A stretch of 64,000 nt of DNA. Origin: Octopus vulgaris. Its lineage: Eukaryota. Of this stretch, positions 13,400 through 23,999 are shown in pieces. The position numbers and the translations under genes were made by a program. Numbering within the stretch: position 1 is the first letter of the stretch; each line of letters begins with the position of its first letter. The stretch covers positions 15,128,001 through 15,192,000 of the forward strand of contig OX597843.1 of the NCBI GenBank assembly GCA_951406725.2, given 5' to 3'. Below the pieces are notes generated by a model that saw nothing but the letters and a program-made list of their open reading frames with translations, had not been told where the DNA came from and did no database searches.

Positions 13400-14165
13400 G
13401 TTAAACCAGAAAGAAACAGTTAAAGCAGGGAAGTATGTCAATAATTGGAAGCATTGCAGAAAAATGGACCCATCACTGGTCAACTGTTGGCTCTTACGTG
13501 ACAATGCAAGACCACATATTATTGACCAAGTCATTCAGGAAAAGAAGATTTTTTTGAGAGGGAAAACAGTTTATTAATTATGTGAAAAGCACTGGTGCTG
13601 GTGCCAAATAGAAAGCATTCAGTCTACACTGTCAAGTGGATGGTATTAGGAAGGGCAAGCTGGCAGAATCGTTAGCGCACCGGGCAAAATGCTTAGCTGT
13701 ATTTCGTCTGCCGTTACGTTCTGAGTTCAAATTCCGCCGAGGTCGACTTTGCCTTTCATCCTTTCGGGGTCGATAAATAAAGTACCAGTTTCACACTGGG
13801 GTCGATATAATCGACTTAATACCTATGTCTGTCCATGTTTGTCTCCTCTATGTTTAGCCCCTTGTGGGTAATAAAGAAATAGGTATTAGGAAGGGCATCC
13901 GGCTGTAGATGGTGAATCCATGCCAAAACAACTCTCTGGCTTGCCGATTCCTGTCAAACCATCCAACCCATACCAGCATTTGAAATGGATGTTAAGTTGT
14001 GATGACGATGACGACGATGACGACGATGATGATGACGATGACGAAGAGGTTAAAAATGACATTGAGAGTTTCCTTGCTTTGAAACCTGAAGAATTTCACA
14101 CCCAAGAAATCAACAATTTCCCCTAATTATGCTATCGATAACGAGGGGAAATATTATTTTGATTA
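13400..14165 (+). pseudogene. Mariner-type transposase relic interrupted by SINEs
   Basis: LLRDNARPH resembles mariner HDNARPH; EVKNDIESFLALKPEEFH resembles the mariner C-terminus. Confidence 0.55.
13655..13882 (+). mobile_element. OK-type SINE with Nin-domain-like core
   Basis: agctggcagaatcgttagc head, gagttcaaattcc B box, gcctttcatcctttcggggtcgataaa core. Confidence 0.85.
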
Positions 14166-14414
14166 AATATGTTAATTAAGATCAAAGGAGCATTTGTCTA
14201 TTTCCCATCAGGACTTCCTTTCCAAACTCCAAAAATCTCTTAAATTAAATGGTATCAAGTATGGAACCTCAGCATCAGCGCTTCTCAACCAGAGTCCACG
14301 TGACCCTGGAGGTGGGGGGTGGATGTGCACATGACCCTGGTGGGGGCGCAGTCTACATGACACTTGTGGGTCCACATAAGATTTTGTTGTCAAAATTTAT
14401 CAGCAATAAATTAG

Positions 14415-14940
14415 TTTACATTATTTACAATTGACGGATATTTGTCCTCATTTTGTTTGTTGTTAACACAACGTTTTGGCTGGTGTACCCTCCAGCCTTC
14501 ATCAGGTGTCTTAGGGTGTTTTTCGATGTTGCTGTTGTTATTATTCAGGTCGCTGGAATTGAACTCGGAATCTTGGGGTTAGTAACCTTTGCTCTTAACC
14601 ACTACGCTATATGCCCGTGGGCAATCATGGAGTGAATTTTAGGGCTTATAAACCTAATATTCTCCTATCCTTCCTTAATATCGGTTCCCATATGCTGCAC
14701 ACGGTCTGCTTAGGAGGTTGTTGTGTCCTAGCATATGAGCTGCTTCTTTTAGTTTTTGTATTTTCCAGTGGTGTTCTCTGTCTATTATTTTTATTTTTAT
14801 TTTTTTTTTTTTGCGATGAACATCGCAAAGCTGAGACAGAAGGAGATATTGATAAATCGGGTATAGCTGGTCATGTATGGGAAAATGGAGACCACCTCCT
14901 CCCTGTGGGATGAAGTTAAAATAATAGACAGAGAACACCA
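14415..14940 (-). mobile_element. Penelope-like element 3' end (GIY-YIG C-terminus, tRNA-like module, HHR) with an inverted 5' segment
   Basis: Minus strand IKIIDREHHWKIQKLKEAAHM; plus-strand 14812-14940 DEHRKA...SGIAGHVWENGDH...WDEVKIIDREH overlaps it in inverted orientation. Confidence 0.75.
14465..14510 (-). ncRNA. Type I HHR motif, probably inactive (G12 to A)
   Basis: gacac-CUGAUGA-A-ggcugg-aggguaca-ccagcc-AAAA-cg-UU-guguu. Confidence 0.7.
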
Positions 14941-15844
14941 CCACCACCATCACCACCACCACCACCACCACCACCACCACCACCACCACCACCACCACCA
15001 CCACCACCACCACCACCACCAACACCACAATCACCACCATCACCACCAGCACCACCACCAGCACCAGCACCATCACCACAATCACCACCACCACCACCAC
15101 CACCACCATCACCACCACCACCACCATCACCACCATCACCACCACCACCACCACCACCACCACCATCACCACAATCACCACCATCACCACCAGCACCACC
15201 ACCAGCACCAGCACCATCACCACAATCACCACCACCACCACCACCACCACCATCACCACCACCACCACCACCACCACCATCACCACAATCACCACCACCA
15301 CCATCACCACAATCACCACCACCACCACCACCACCACCACCACCACCACCACCACACCATCACCACCACCACCACCACCACCACCACCACCACCACCACC
15401 ACCACCACCACCACCATCACCACCACCACCACCACCACCACCACCACCACCATCACCACCACCACCACCACCACCACCACCATCACCACCACCACCACCA
15501 CCACCACCACCATCACCACAACCACCACCATCACCACCACCACCACCACCAGCACCAGCACCATCACCACAATCACCACCACCACCACCACCACCACCAC
15601 CACCACCACCACCACCACCACCACCACCATCACCACAATCACCACCACCACCACCATCACCACAATCACCACCACCACCACCACCACCACCACCACCACC
15701 ACCACCACCACCACCACCACCACCACCACCACCACCACCACCACCACCACCACCACCACCACCACCACCACCACCACCACCACCACCATCACCACAATCA
15801 CCACCATCACCACCACCACCATCACCACCAGCACCAGCACCAGC

Positions 15845-15875
<31 letters not shown>

Positions 15876-15888
15876 CCACCACCACCAC
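14936..15888. repeat. ~950-bp (CAC)n microsatellite with CAT/CAA/CAG interruptions
   Basis: Direct inspection. Confidence 0.97.
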
Positions 15889-16356
15889 CTACAAGCTACA
15901 GTAACACCCACCCCTAGTGGTTAGCCATATTGAGATGGCTGGTATACTTCACGTTGTCAATCATTTACTGTTTACATCTCGTTCAGAGATTTATTATTGC
16001 TTGCAGACAGTTTTTCGAAATCAGTGACGGAAGTTACTGGGAAAAACATTAAATGGATGTTTGCAAACATGTCCCCTAATTGTGAACCGGTGATTGTCGT
16101 ACGCCGAGGAAAGGTCAAAACCTAGAAACTGCAGTCCGTGCGTATCACTTAGGTTTGCGAGAGGGGATGACCTCTCTTTGCAAATACCATAAGAGCACAG
16201 AAAGTGTGCCTAAAGCCTGCTGGAGACGATGTTCTCCCGGGGCTACAAGCTACAGTAACACCCACCCTTTGTGGTTAGCCATATTGAGATGGCTAGTATA
16301 CTTCTCATTGTCCTGCAGTTACTGTTTATACCTCGTTCAGAGATTTAGTATTGCTT
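15889..16356 (+). mobile_element. Retrozyme-like element, 354-bp unit, ~1.3 copies, HHR at 16098-16142
   Basis: ctacaagctacag at 15889 and 16243; cguacg-CCGAGGA-aaggu-caaa-accua-GAAA-cugcag-UC-cgugcg. Confidence 0.75.
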
Positions 16357-16905
16357 ATTATTTTAAGATTCATTTTCATAAAATCCCTAATATTCAATTC
16401 TAAAAATATAACAGGACTTTTTAAACATCAAATGGCAAGGAAGGTCCATGTGAGTGAAACAGGGATCAGAGGGCTCCACCGATAACAAAACTGTTGAGAA
16501 ACACTGTTCTACACAATCATTCTAGCTGCCCTGAAATAGTAGCCAAATCATCCTCAAACCAAACAGTCTTTAGAACATGTTAGACGAGCAAATCTAAAAA
16601 CACTTTGTTAGAAAATGATAAACCAGTTAGTCATGACTGGAATGTCTTTGATGCTAGATCTGGTTGATTAAGGAGGATTTAATTCAAAACAATGAAATTC
16701 ATTTACAGCTGGGAGTAACAAGAGTTGGTGTTTATTTATAAAAGAGACCATTTTAATAACAGAGCTTCAAGGACGGAACCTTGTCGATGCGTGAGAATTT
16801 CTGACGTCACCATTGACGTCTTTTCATTTTAGTTTGCCACGTGGGTTCCGATTATTGTATGCAGTTGTGCTGCGTTGGATGGGTTAAAGAGAACTCCCTC
16901 CCCAT

Positions 16906-16943
<38 letters not shown>

Positions 16944-17349
16944 CTACATGCATACATTCACACCAACATACTTATATCAATCAGTTCTTTATGTGTGTGT
17001 ATATATCTGTATCTCCCTATCTGTCCATCCATCCGTCCATCCGTCCGTCTGTCTGTCCATTGGTCTGTCTGTCTCTTTGTCTATCTATCTGTCTCTCCAT
17101 CTGTCCGTCCGTCTGTCTGCCCGCCCGTCTGTCTGTCTGTCTGTCTCTTTCTGTCTATGTGTGTGTGTATATATATAATAATTATTTGAGGGAATATTAT
17201 TCCTAACTTACAGGAATATATATATTTATATACACATACATGCACGCACACACACACGTCTACATGATTACATTCACACCAACATACTTATGTCAATCAG
17301 TATGTTTGCTCTTTATGTATGTGTATATATATATACATATATATATATA

Positions 17350-17509
17350 TGGAGTGGCTGTATGGTAAGTAGCTTGCTTCCCAACCACATGGTTCCGGAT
17401 TCAGTCCCACTGCGTGGCACCTTGGGCAAGTGTCTTCTGCTATAGCCCCGGGCCGACCAATGCCTTGTGAGTGGATTTGGTAGACGGAAACTGAAAGAAG
17501 CCCATCGTA

Positions 17510-17585
<76 letters not shown>

Positions 17586-17792
17586 TGTGTCTGCGTTTGT
17601 CCCCCCTAGCATTGCTTGACAACCGATGCTGGTGTGTTTATGTCTCTGTCACTTAGCAGTTCGGCACAAGAGACCGATAGAATAAGTACTGGGCTTACAA
17701 AAGAATAAGTCCCGGGGTCAAGTTGCTCGATTAAAGGCGGTGCTCCAGCATGGCCGCAGTCAAATGATTGAAACAAGTAAAAGGGTAAACAG
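17350..17792 (+). mobile_element. OR-type SINE, near full length, with internal (TA)/(TG) tract
   Basis: ggagtggctgtatggtaag head; tail ggcggtgctccagcatggccgcagtcaaatga. Related copies or fragments at 1905-2115, 18075-18410, 18660-19220, 28770-29177, 30808-31212, 31497-31660, 39865-40245, 41009-41330, 46875-47335, 52015-52310 and 60825-61010. Confidence 0.9.
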
Positions 17793-17852
17793 TATATATA
17801 TGTATACTTTATCTAAAAGCAGCAGAAATATAACAAAAGCTGTTATATTGTT

Positions 17853-17898
17853 AAAACTGTCTGACGAACAGGAACGTGAAACTCCGAGTAACAGGTTT
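17853..17898 (+). ncRNA. Type I HHR motif inside a short fold-back element (17814-17921)
   Basis: aaaacugu-CUGACGA-aca-ggaa-cgu-GAAA-cuccgag-UA-acagguuu; taaaagcagcagaaat is inverted at atttctgctgctttta. Confidence 0.7.
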
Positions 17899-18020
17899 AG
17901 TTAAATTTCTGCTGCTTTTAAATAAAGCATATTACTCTACCCCTGGTATTTGAGTACTCTTTTTTCCACCTTGTTTCACATTTATGTGCTTACTCCGGTA
18001 TATTTATATATATATATATG

Positions 18021-18067
<47 letters not shown>

Positions 18068-19244
18068 ATGTGCGTGTGTTTGTTGCCCCCTCACCGTTGC
18101 TTGACAACCATTGTTGGCGTGTTTACAACCCACAACACCCATAACTTAGCGGTTTGGCAAAAGAGACCGATAGAATAAGTACTAGGCTTATAAAGAATAA
18201 ATCCTGGAGTCAATTTGTTTGACTAAAGGAGGTGCTCCAGCATGGCCATAGTCAAATGACTGAAACAAGTAAAAGAATAAAAGAATACATATATATAGGG
18301 ACCGATAGAATAAGTACTGGGCTTACAAAAGAATAAGTCCCGGGGTCGAGTTGCTCGATTAAATGCGGTGCTCCAGCATGGCCGCAGTCAAATGACTGAA
18401 ACAAATAAAGAGTATATTTCCACACACACACACTCACAATGACGATGATAATAATGAATACACCCATGTACGGTGGGAAAGCTATTGAAACCAGTTTCCT
18501 CGTTAGCCCGTGCCCTCTGCGTCACGTTTGTCTCTTCAGAACCTAAACAATAAAACTCTTGCCTCAATCAAACAACAAATGATTTCTCGATGCTTTTCAC
18601 CCGCAAAGAATTCTTCTCAGGGTCGCAGCCAGAAGAATACCCTTTGTTGCTTGTCTCTTACTGGTTTCTGTCGTGAGACTGTGGCCATGCTGGGGCAGCA
18701 CCTTGAAGGGTTTTAGTTGAACAAATCGATCTCAGAACTTATTTTGATAGGCCTAGTACTTATTCTATCAGTCTCTTTTGCTGAACCACTAAGTTACGGG
18801 GATGTAAACACACCAACACAGGTTGTCATGCACCCTCTTGAAGAATTTTTTGTTGAATGGATTGACCCCAGGAATTTTTTTTCTTTTGAAGCCAGGTGCT
18901 TGTTCTGTTGGTGTCATTTGCTGAACTGCTAAGTTATGGGGGATGTAAACAAACCAATACTGGTTGTCAAGCAGTAAAGGATGAACAAACACACACACAC
19001 ATGCACACACATACACATATTTTTTTCTTTTATTTGTTTCAGTTATTTGACTGTGGCCATGCTGGGGCAGCACCTTGAAGGGTTTTAGTTGAACAAATCG
19101 ATCTCAGAACTTATTTTGTTAGGCCTAGTACTTATTCTATCAGTCTCTTTTGCTGAACCACTAAGTTAAGGGGATGTAAACACACCAACACAGGTTGTCA
19201 TGCAGTAGTGGAGGACAAACTCAGATACACCACACAGATACACA

Positions 19245-19289
<45 letters not shown>

Positions 19290-19328
19290 ACATATACACT
19301 CACACATACACACACATCCCTCCACATA

Positions 19329-19410
<82 letters not shown>

Positions 19411-19431
19411 TATATATATACATTACAGATA

Positions 19432-19682
19432 TAGGGTGAAATATAATTAATTTAATAAAATCAACAAATTTCACCTAGTAGTATTTCGGTATGGAAAAGG
19501 GCCATATTCGGTAAAAACTTATATAATTATAACAATAAGGGTTTCTGCAACAAGTTGCTTGACCACATAGCGATAATTTTAGAAATAGCAGCCAAATAGT
19601 AGTCCTTTGGCTGCTATTTCTAAAATTTTCGGTATGTGGTCAAGCAACTTGTTGCAGAAACCCTTATTGTTATAATTATATA
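19432..19682. mobile_element. Fold-back mini-element (family B), ~77-bp arms 19520-19596 and 19606-19682
   Basis: Near-perfect inverted repeat in (TA)n; relatives at 31240-31454 and 61630-61974. Confidence 0.8.
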
Positions 19683-19693
19683 TATATATATAT

Positions 19694-20057
19694 AAATTAA
19701 TTGTTATCGCCATATTAATATGGCATTCTTATAGATATAAGAATAATCGCTGCCGCTGGTCAGCTCCATGAGGCCACCGCCTTAAGATAGCTATTGATAC
19801 ACAATCTGTATCCATTATAACCTTCGAACAAGGGAGGTCAGCTGCTTCACACTGCCAGTCCGACAGCTACAGACACGTTTCAGGGTATTTGCCCCTTGTC
19901 AATGTAGCGTAGTCAGACCTTGTTCGAAGGTTATAATGGATACAGATTGTGTATCAATAGCTATCTTAAGGTGATGGCTTCATGGAGCTAATCAGCGGCA
20001 GCGTTTATTCGTATATCTATAAGAATGCCATATTAATATGGCGATAACAATTAATTT
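19694..20057. mobile_element. Fold-back element, ~140-bp arms, with a minus-strand HHR in the spacer
   Basis: 19694-19833 is the reverse complement of 19918-20057 with a few transitions. Confidence 0.85.
19866..19908 (-). ncRNA. Type I HHR motif, U3:A8 core variant
   Basis: gcuaca-UUGACAA-gggg-caaaua-cccu-GAAA-cgug-UC-uguagc; 6-bp stem I. Confidence 0.7.
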
Positions 20058-20125
20058 CCAGTAACGCTGCTGTAATCTCTTTTATAGAGACTTAGTAATT
20101 TTAATATTTCTATTATATATATATA

Positions 20126-20516
20126 CTAGCAGTATCGCCCGGCGTTGCTCGGGTTTGTAAGGGAAATAATTATATAAGCATTTTTAGAGATGTAAAGTAT
20201 AATAGCCATCTCAATATGGCTAACCACAAAGGGGGGTGTTACTGTAGCTTTTTACGTTCTGAGATTTAATAATAAATTTTAGAGAGTTACTTCCCTTATA
20301 TATGTCAAAAATGGATTAAAAATGGGAAAAATTGATGGTAAATTTTTTTTTAAATCGTAGACTCATCGTAGACGCGCGCTAATACCCAGACGGTCTCGAT
20401 ATGAATCACGACTATAAGATACCCGCTTTTGGTTAAACTGCACCGCAAAATGTGGGAGTAGTTAGGAATGTAAATCGTAGGAGACAGACACACAACCTCA
20501 CTTTTATATATAAAGA
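20126..20516 (-). mobile_element. Non-autonomous Helitron
   Basis: Minus strand A|TCTTTATATATAAAAG ... cccgagcaacgccggg hairpin ... CTAG|T. Confidence 0.85.
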
Positions 20517-20679
20517 TTTCCTCTATTTACATAATATTGAGGTCTCTTTCTTTCTTTTGTTATCTTACTGTTTTTACCAATATACATATATATATATATA
20601 TAAATATATATATAGTTACAGAGATGTACTTGCATAGCAAGTGACTTGATCTGAGATCGTGTGCTGGAACGAAAACAGT

Positions 20680-20937
20680 TGCAGCGTTGAAGGTGTTTAT
20701 AAGCCATTTAAGAAACACACAAAAACCGTTAGATTCACTTCAACATTTAAATTTAATTTGTCAAAATATTTTCATCACTTTGAGACCGCGACCTGTTAGC
20801 ACGATATTTTTGTCAGTGAACAGGTCGCGGTCTCAAAGCAACGAAAATATTTTGGCAAATTAAATTTAAATGTTGAAGTGAATGTAACGGTTTTTGTGTG
20901 TTTCTTAAATGGCTTACAAACACCTTCCACGCTGCAA
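20680..20937. mobile_element. Fold-back element, ~118-bp arms, carrying a G3:C8 HHR-like motif (20809-20859, +)
   Basis: 20680-20797 is the reverse complement of 20819-20937; uuuguca-GUGAACA-G-gucgc-ggucucaaa-gcaac-GAAA-auau-UU-uggcaaa. Confidence 0.75.
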
Positions 20938-21319
20938 TATATATATACACACATATATATATATATATGTATGTATGTATGTATGTGTGTATATGTGTAT
21001 GCATGTATGTGTGTGTGTGTGCGTGTCTGTGCTTGTGATTGTCCTCCACCACTGCTTGACAACGAATGTTGGTTTGTTTACATCCCTGTCACCTAGTGGT
21101 TTGACAAAGGAAACAGATAGAATAAGTACAATGCTTACAAAAATAAAACTGGAGTTGATTCATTAAACTACAATTCTTCAAGGCATTGCCCCAGCATGGC
21201 CACAGACCAATGGCTGGAAAAAGCAGAAGAATAAAAGAATACATTCTCTACTTTGGCAGAGAATGTATTCTCATGCCTACGTTGAAGGCATGAAAAGCAG
21301 TTTACATGAGAAGGCCTAA

Positions 21320-21801
21320 CAGACCTGGTAGAAACAGCAGCCAAATCTCCCTCAAATCACACCTTACTGTCTTATGTATGTATATATATATGAGCCAATG
21401 AGGGGGACCTCTACATGGTAGCTAGACCTGGTAGAAATAGCAGCCAAATTTCCCCCAAATCACACCTTACTGTCTTATCTATGTATATATGTATGTATGA
21501 GCCTATGAGGGAGACCCCTACATGGCAGCTAGACCTGGTAGAAATAGCAGCCAAATTTCCCCCAAATCACACCTTACTGTCTTATCTATGTATATATGTA
21601 TGTATGAGCCTATGAGGGAGACCCCTACATGGCAGCTAGACCTGGTAGAAATAGCAGCCAAATTTCCCCCAAATCACACCTTACTGTCTTATCTATGTAT
21701 ATATGTATGTATGAGCCTATGAGGGAGACCCCTACATGGCAGCTAGACATGGTAGAAATAGCAGCCAAATCTCCCTCAAATCACACCTTACTGTCTTATC
21801 T
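21320..21801. repeat. 107-bp tandem repeat, ~4.5 copies
   Basis: Period seen at 21415, 21522, 21629 and 21736. Confidence 0.95.
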
Positions 21802-22687
21802 TTCTGCTACTTGGATATAGGTGTTATATTCGTCGTAAAAACTTTCCTGTCACACACTCACGCACACGCACACACACACACACACACACACACCCTCACA
21901 CACACACACACGCGCACACCCACACACACCCACTCACACACACGCACGTTAGCTTACAATTTTATTTATATATTTGCGTGTCCATATGTGGAAAGAGGAA
22001 GTGGGAGGCAGAGTGAAAGAATCACTCACTACAGTAAGTCAATTACTTTCATTTTATTCGTTGCCCACTGTGTGTGTGCGTTTGCGTGTGCTGTAAACCA
22101 GACTAAGAAAAGCATTTGACACACACACCAGAATGTGAGTTTTCTGTAAATTTTGCTTAATTGGAGTTTAAATTTTAAAAACTGGACCTGGCATGACGCG
22201 ATGCATTGTACTCTTAAAATTGCTAGGTAAATTGTAATTGAAGAAATCCTATATTGTAGATTTGTATAACTCCCAAAGGGAGGCAGATAAAATCTGCCTT
22301 TTATAATAAGAGATATATAGCTCAAGGTTCACTCGTCCAGTCGAAAAGACGCCTGTCTGTAACGTCCTGTTTTTGTTATTATTATTATCATTATTGTTTT
22401 TACATATTTTTGTATTCTTATTCGTGTAACATCGTCCGTTTTCCCATCTTTGTTTTGTATACATTCGAGGTTTTCTTCCAAGGAATCTAATGCGCTTGGC
22501 TTAGATTTTCCTTTGGGGTTGGCCAGGTTGGAGCAATCTCAAGATTAATCAGCCGAAATTGCGAGGATGATCCGGTTCTTGACTGAAGATTGAAGGCTTC
22601 GAACGTCCCATCCATGTTTTTTGTATTGTCTTCTAAATGTTTTACGTTCTTGTCCCAGCTTGTATTTTTTTACATTTACATATATAT

Positions 22688-23342
22688 CATCATCATCAGC
22701 ATCATCGTTTAGCGTCCGCTTTCCAGGCTAGCATGGGTTGGACAGTTAAACTGGGGTCTGTGAAGCCAGAAGGCTGCATCAGGCCCAGTCTGATCTGGCA
22801 GTGTTTCTACGGCTGGATGCCCTTCCTAACGCCAACCACTCCGTGAGTGTAGTGGGTGCTTTTTACGTGCCACCGGTCCAGGTGCCAGACGGAGCTGGCA
22901 AACGGCCACGGACGGATGGTGTCTTTTACGTGCCACCGGCACGGGGGCCAGGTGAGACTGGCAATGGCCACGATCGGATGGTGCTTTTTACGTGCCACCG
23001 GCACGGAGGCCAGTCGGGGCGGTGCTGGCAACGGCCACGATTCGGATGGTTCGCTTACTTGTCACCGGCACTGGTATCACAGCTGCAATTTCCATTGATG
23101 TTGATCGACTTCGATTTTGGTTCTGCTTTCTGATATCGGATTTGATTTGGTTTGATTTTGATTTTGATTTTGATTTTGATTTTTGATTTTCACTTGCCTC
23201 AACGGGTCTTCACAAGTGGAGTTTTGTGTCCCAAGAAGGAAAGGTATGTATAAGTCGACTGGCTACATACCAGGTAGAGGCCACAGGTTATGGTCTCACT
23301 AGTCTTGCCGGGTCTTCTCACGCACAGCATACTTCCATACTT

Positions 23343-23345
<3 letters not shown>
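22688..23345 (-). mobile_element. RTE-family 3' UTR fragment with (GAT)n tail and internal ggtgctttttacgtgccaccggc subrepeats
   Basis: Matches the 3' UTR at 34240-34990; other copies at 26540-26935, 30430-30675, 37004-37317, 37482-37796 and 38040-38652. Confidence 0.85.
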
Positions 23346-23383
<38 letters not shown>

Positions 23384-23702
23384 TGGTATTTTCTGTTAAG
23401 AACATTGTAGAGTACAGTATAAAGCTTGTCCACCTTCAGGTTTCCCCCTCTGCTATCCAGAAGTAGCATCATACATTGTTCCAGGTTTGCGTTTGGGTAT
23501 CTGTCGCGTGAGAAGAGAGAATTGAAAGAATCGGAGTCAACAAGAAGGAGTACAGTTGGGCATTAATTTTCAATCCCTACAATTGTTTCCATGCAACGTA
23601 GTTCTCCAGGTATGCAGCTACTTGATTATGCAACTGTTTCCTTGCATTATGAGATCTAGTTGTGTTTCTTCAGGTGAGATGTCGCAGTCTCAGCACATAT
23701 AT

Positions 23703-23933
23703 TTCTTTATTGCCCACAAGGGGCTAAGTATAGAGGGGACAAACAAAGACAGACAACTGGATTAAATCGATTACATCGACCCCAGTGCGTAACTGGTACT
23801 TAATTTATCGACCCCGAAAGGTCGAAAGTGGACCAAAGTGGACCTTGGCGGAATTTGAACCCAGAACGTAACGACAGATGAAATACGGCTATGCATTTCG
23901 CCTGGCGTGCTAACGTTTCTGCCAGCTCGCCGT
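23703..23933 (-). mobile_element. OK-type SINE
   Basis: Reverse complement of 13655-13882; others at 28752-29385 (split by an OR SINE) and 59136-59367. Confidence 0.85.
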
Positions 23934-23999
23934 CTCAGCACATATCTGTGCATTATCAACCTTGGCATGCCCACCCCTCCATTTAACAGGTGTTGACAA

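Noticed and set aside
14548-14618. Functional tRNA gene (also SINE heads)
   Set aside because: No proper acceptor stem; embedded in repeats; treated as tRNA-derived promoter modules
10153-15904. Long low-complexity ORFs (607-aa SL-rich, 343-aa poly-H/T) and the many YI/HT/CV/poly-M ORFs elsewhere
   Set aside because: Stop-free translations of microsatellites, not genes
14276-16506. One hAT MITE enclosing the Penelope fragment, CAC tract and retrozyme-like copy
   Set aside because: TIR-like ends exist but the flanking 8-mers (ctcagcat, ttctacac) do not match as a TSD
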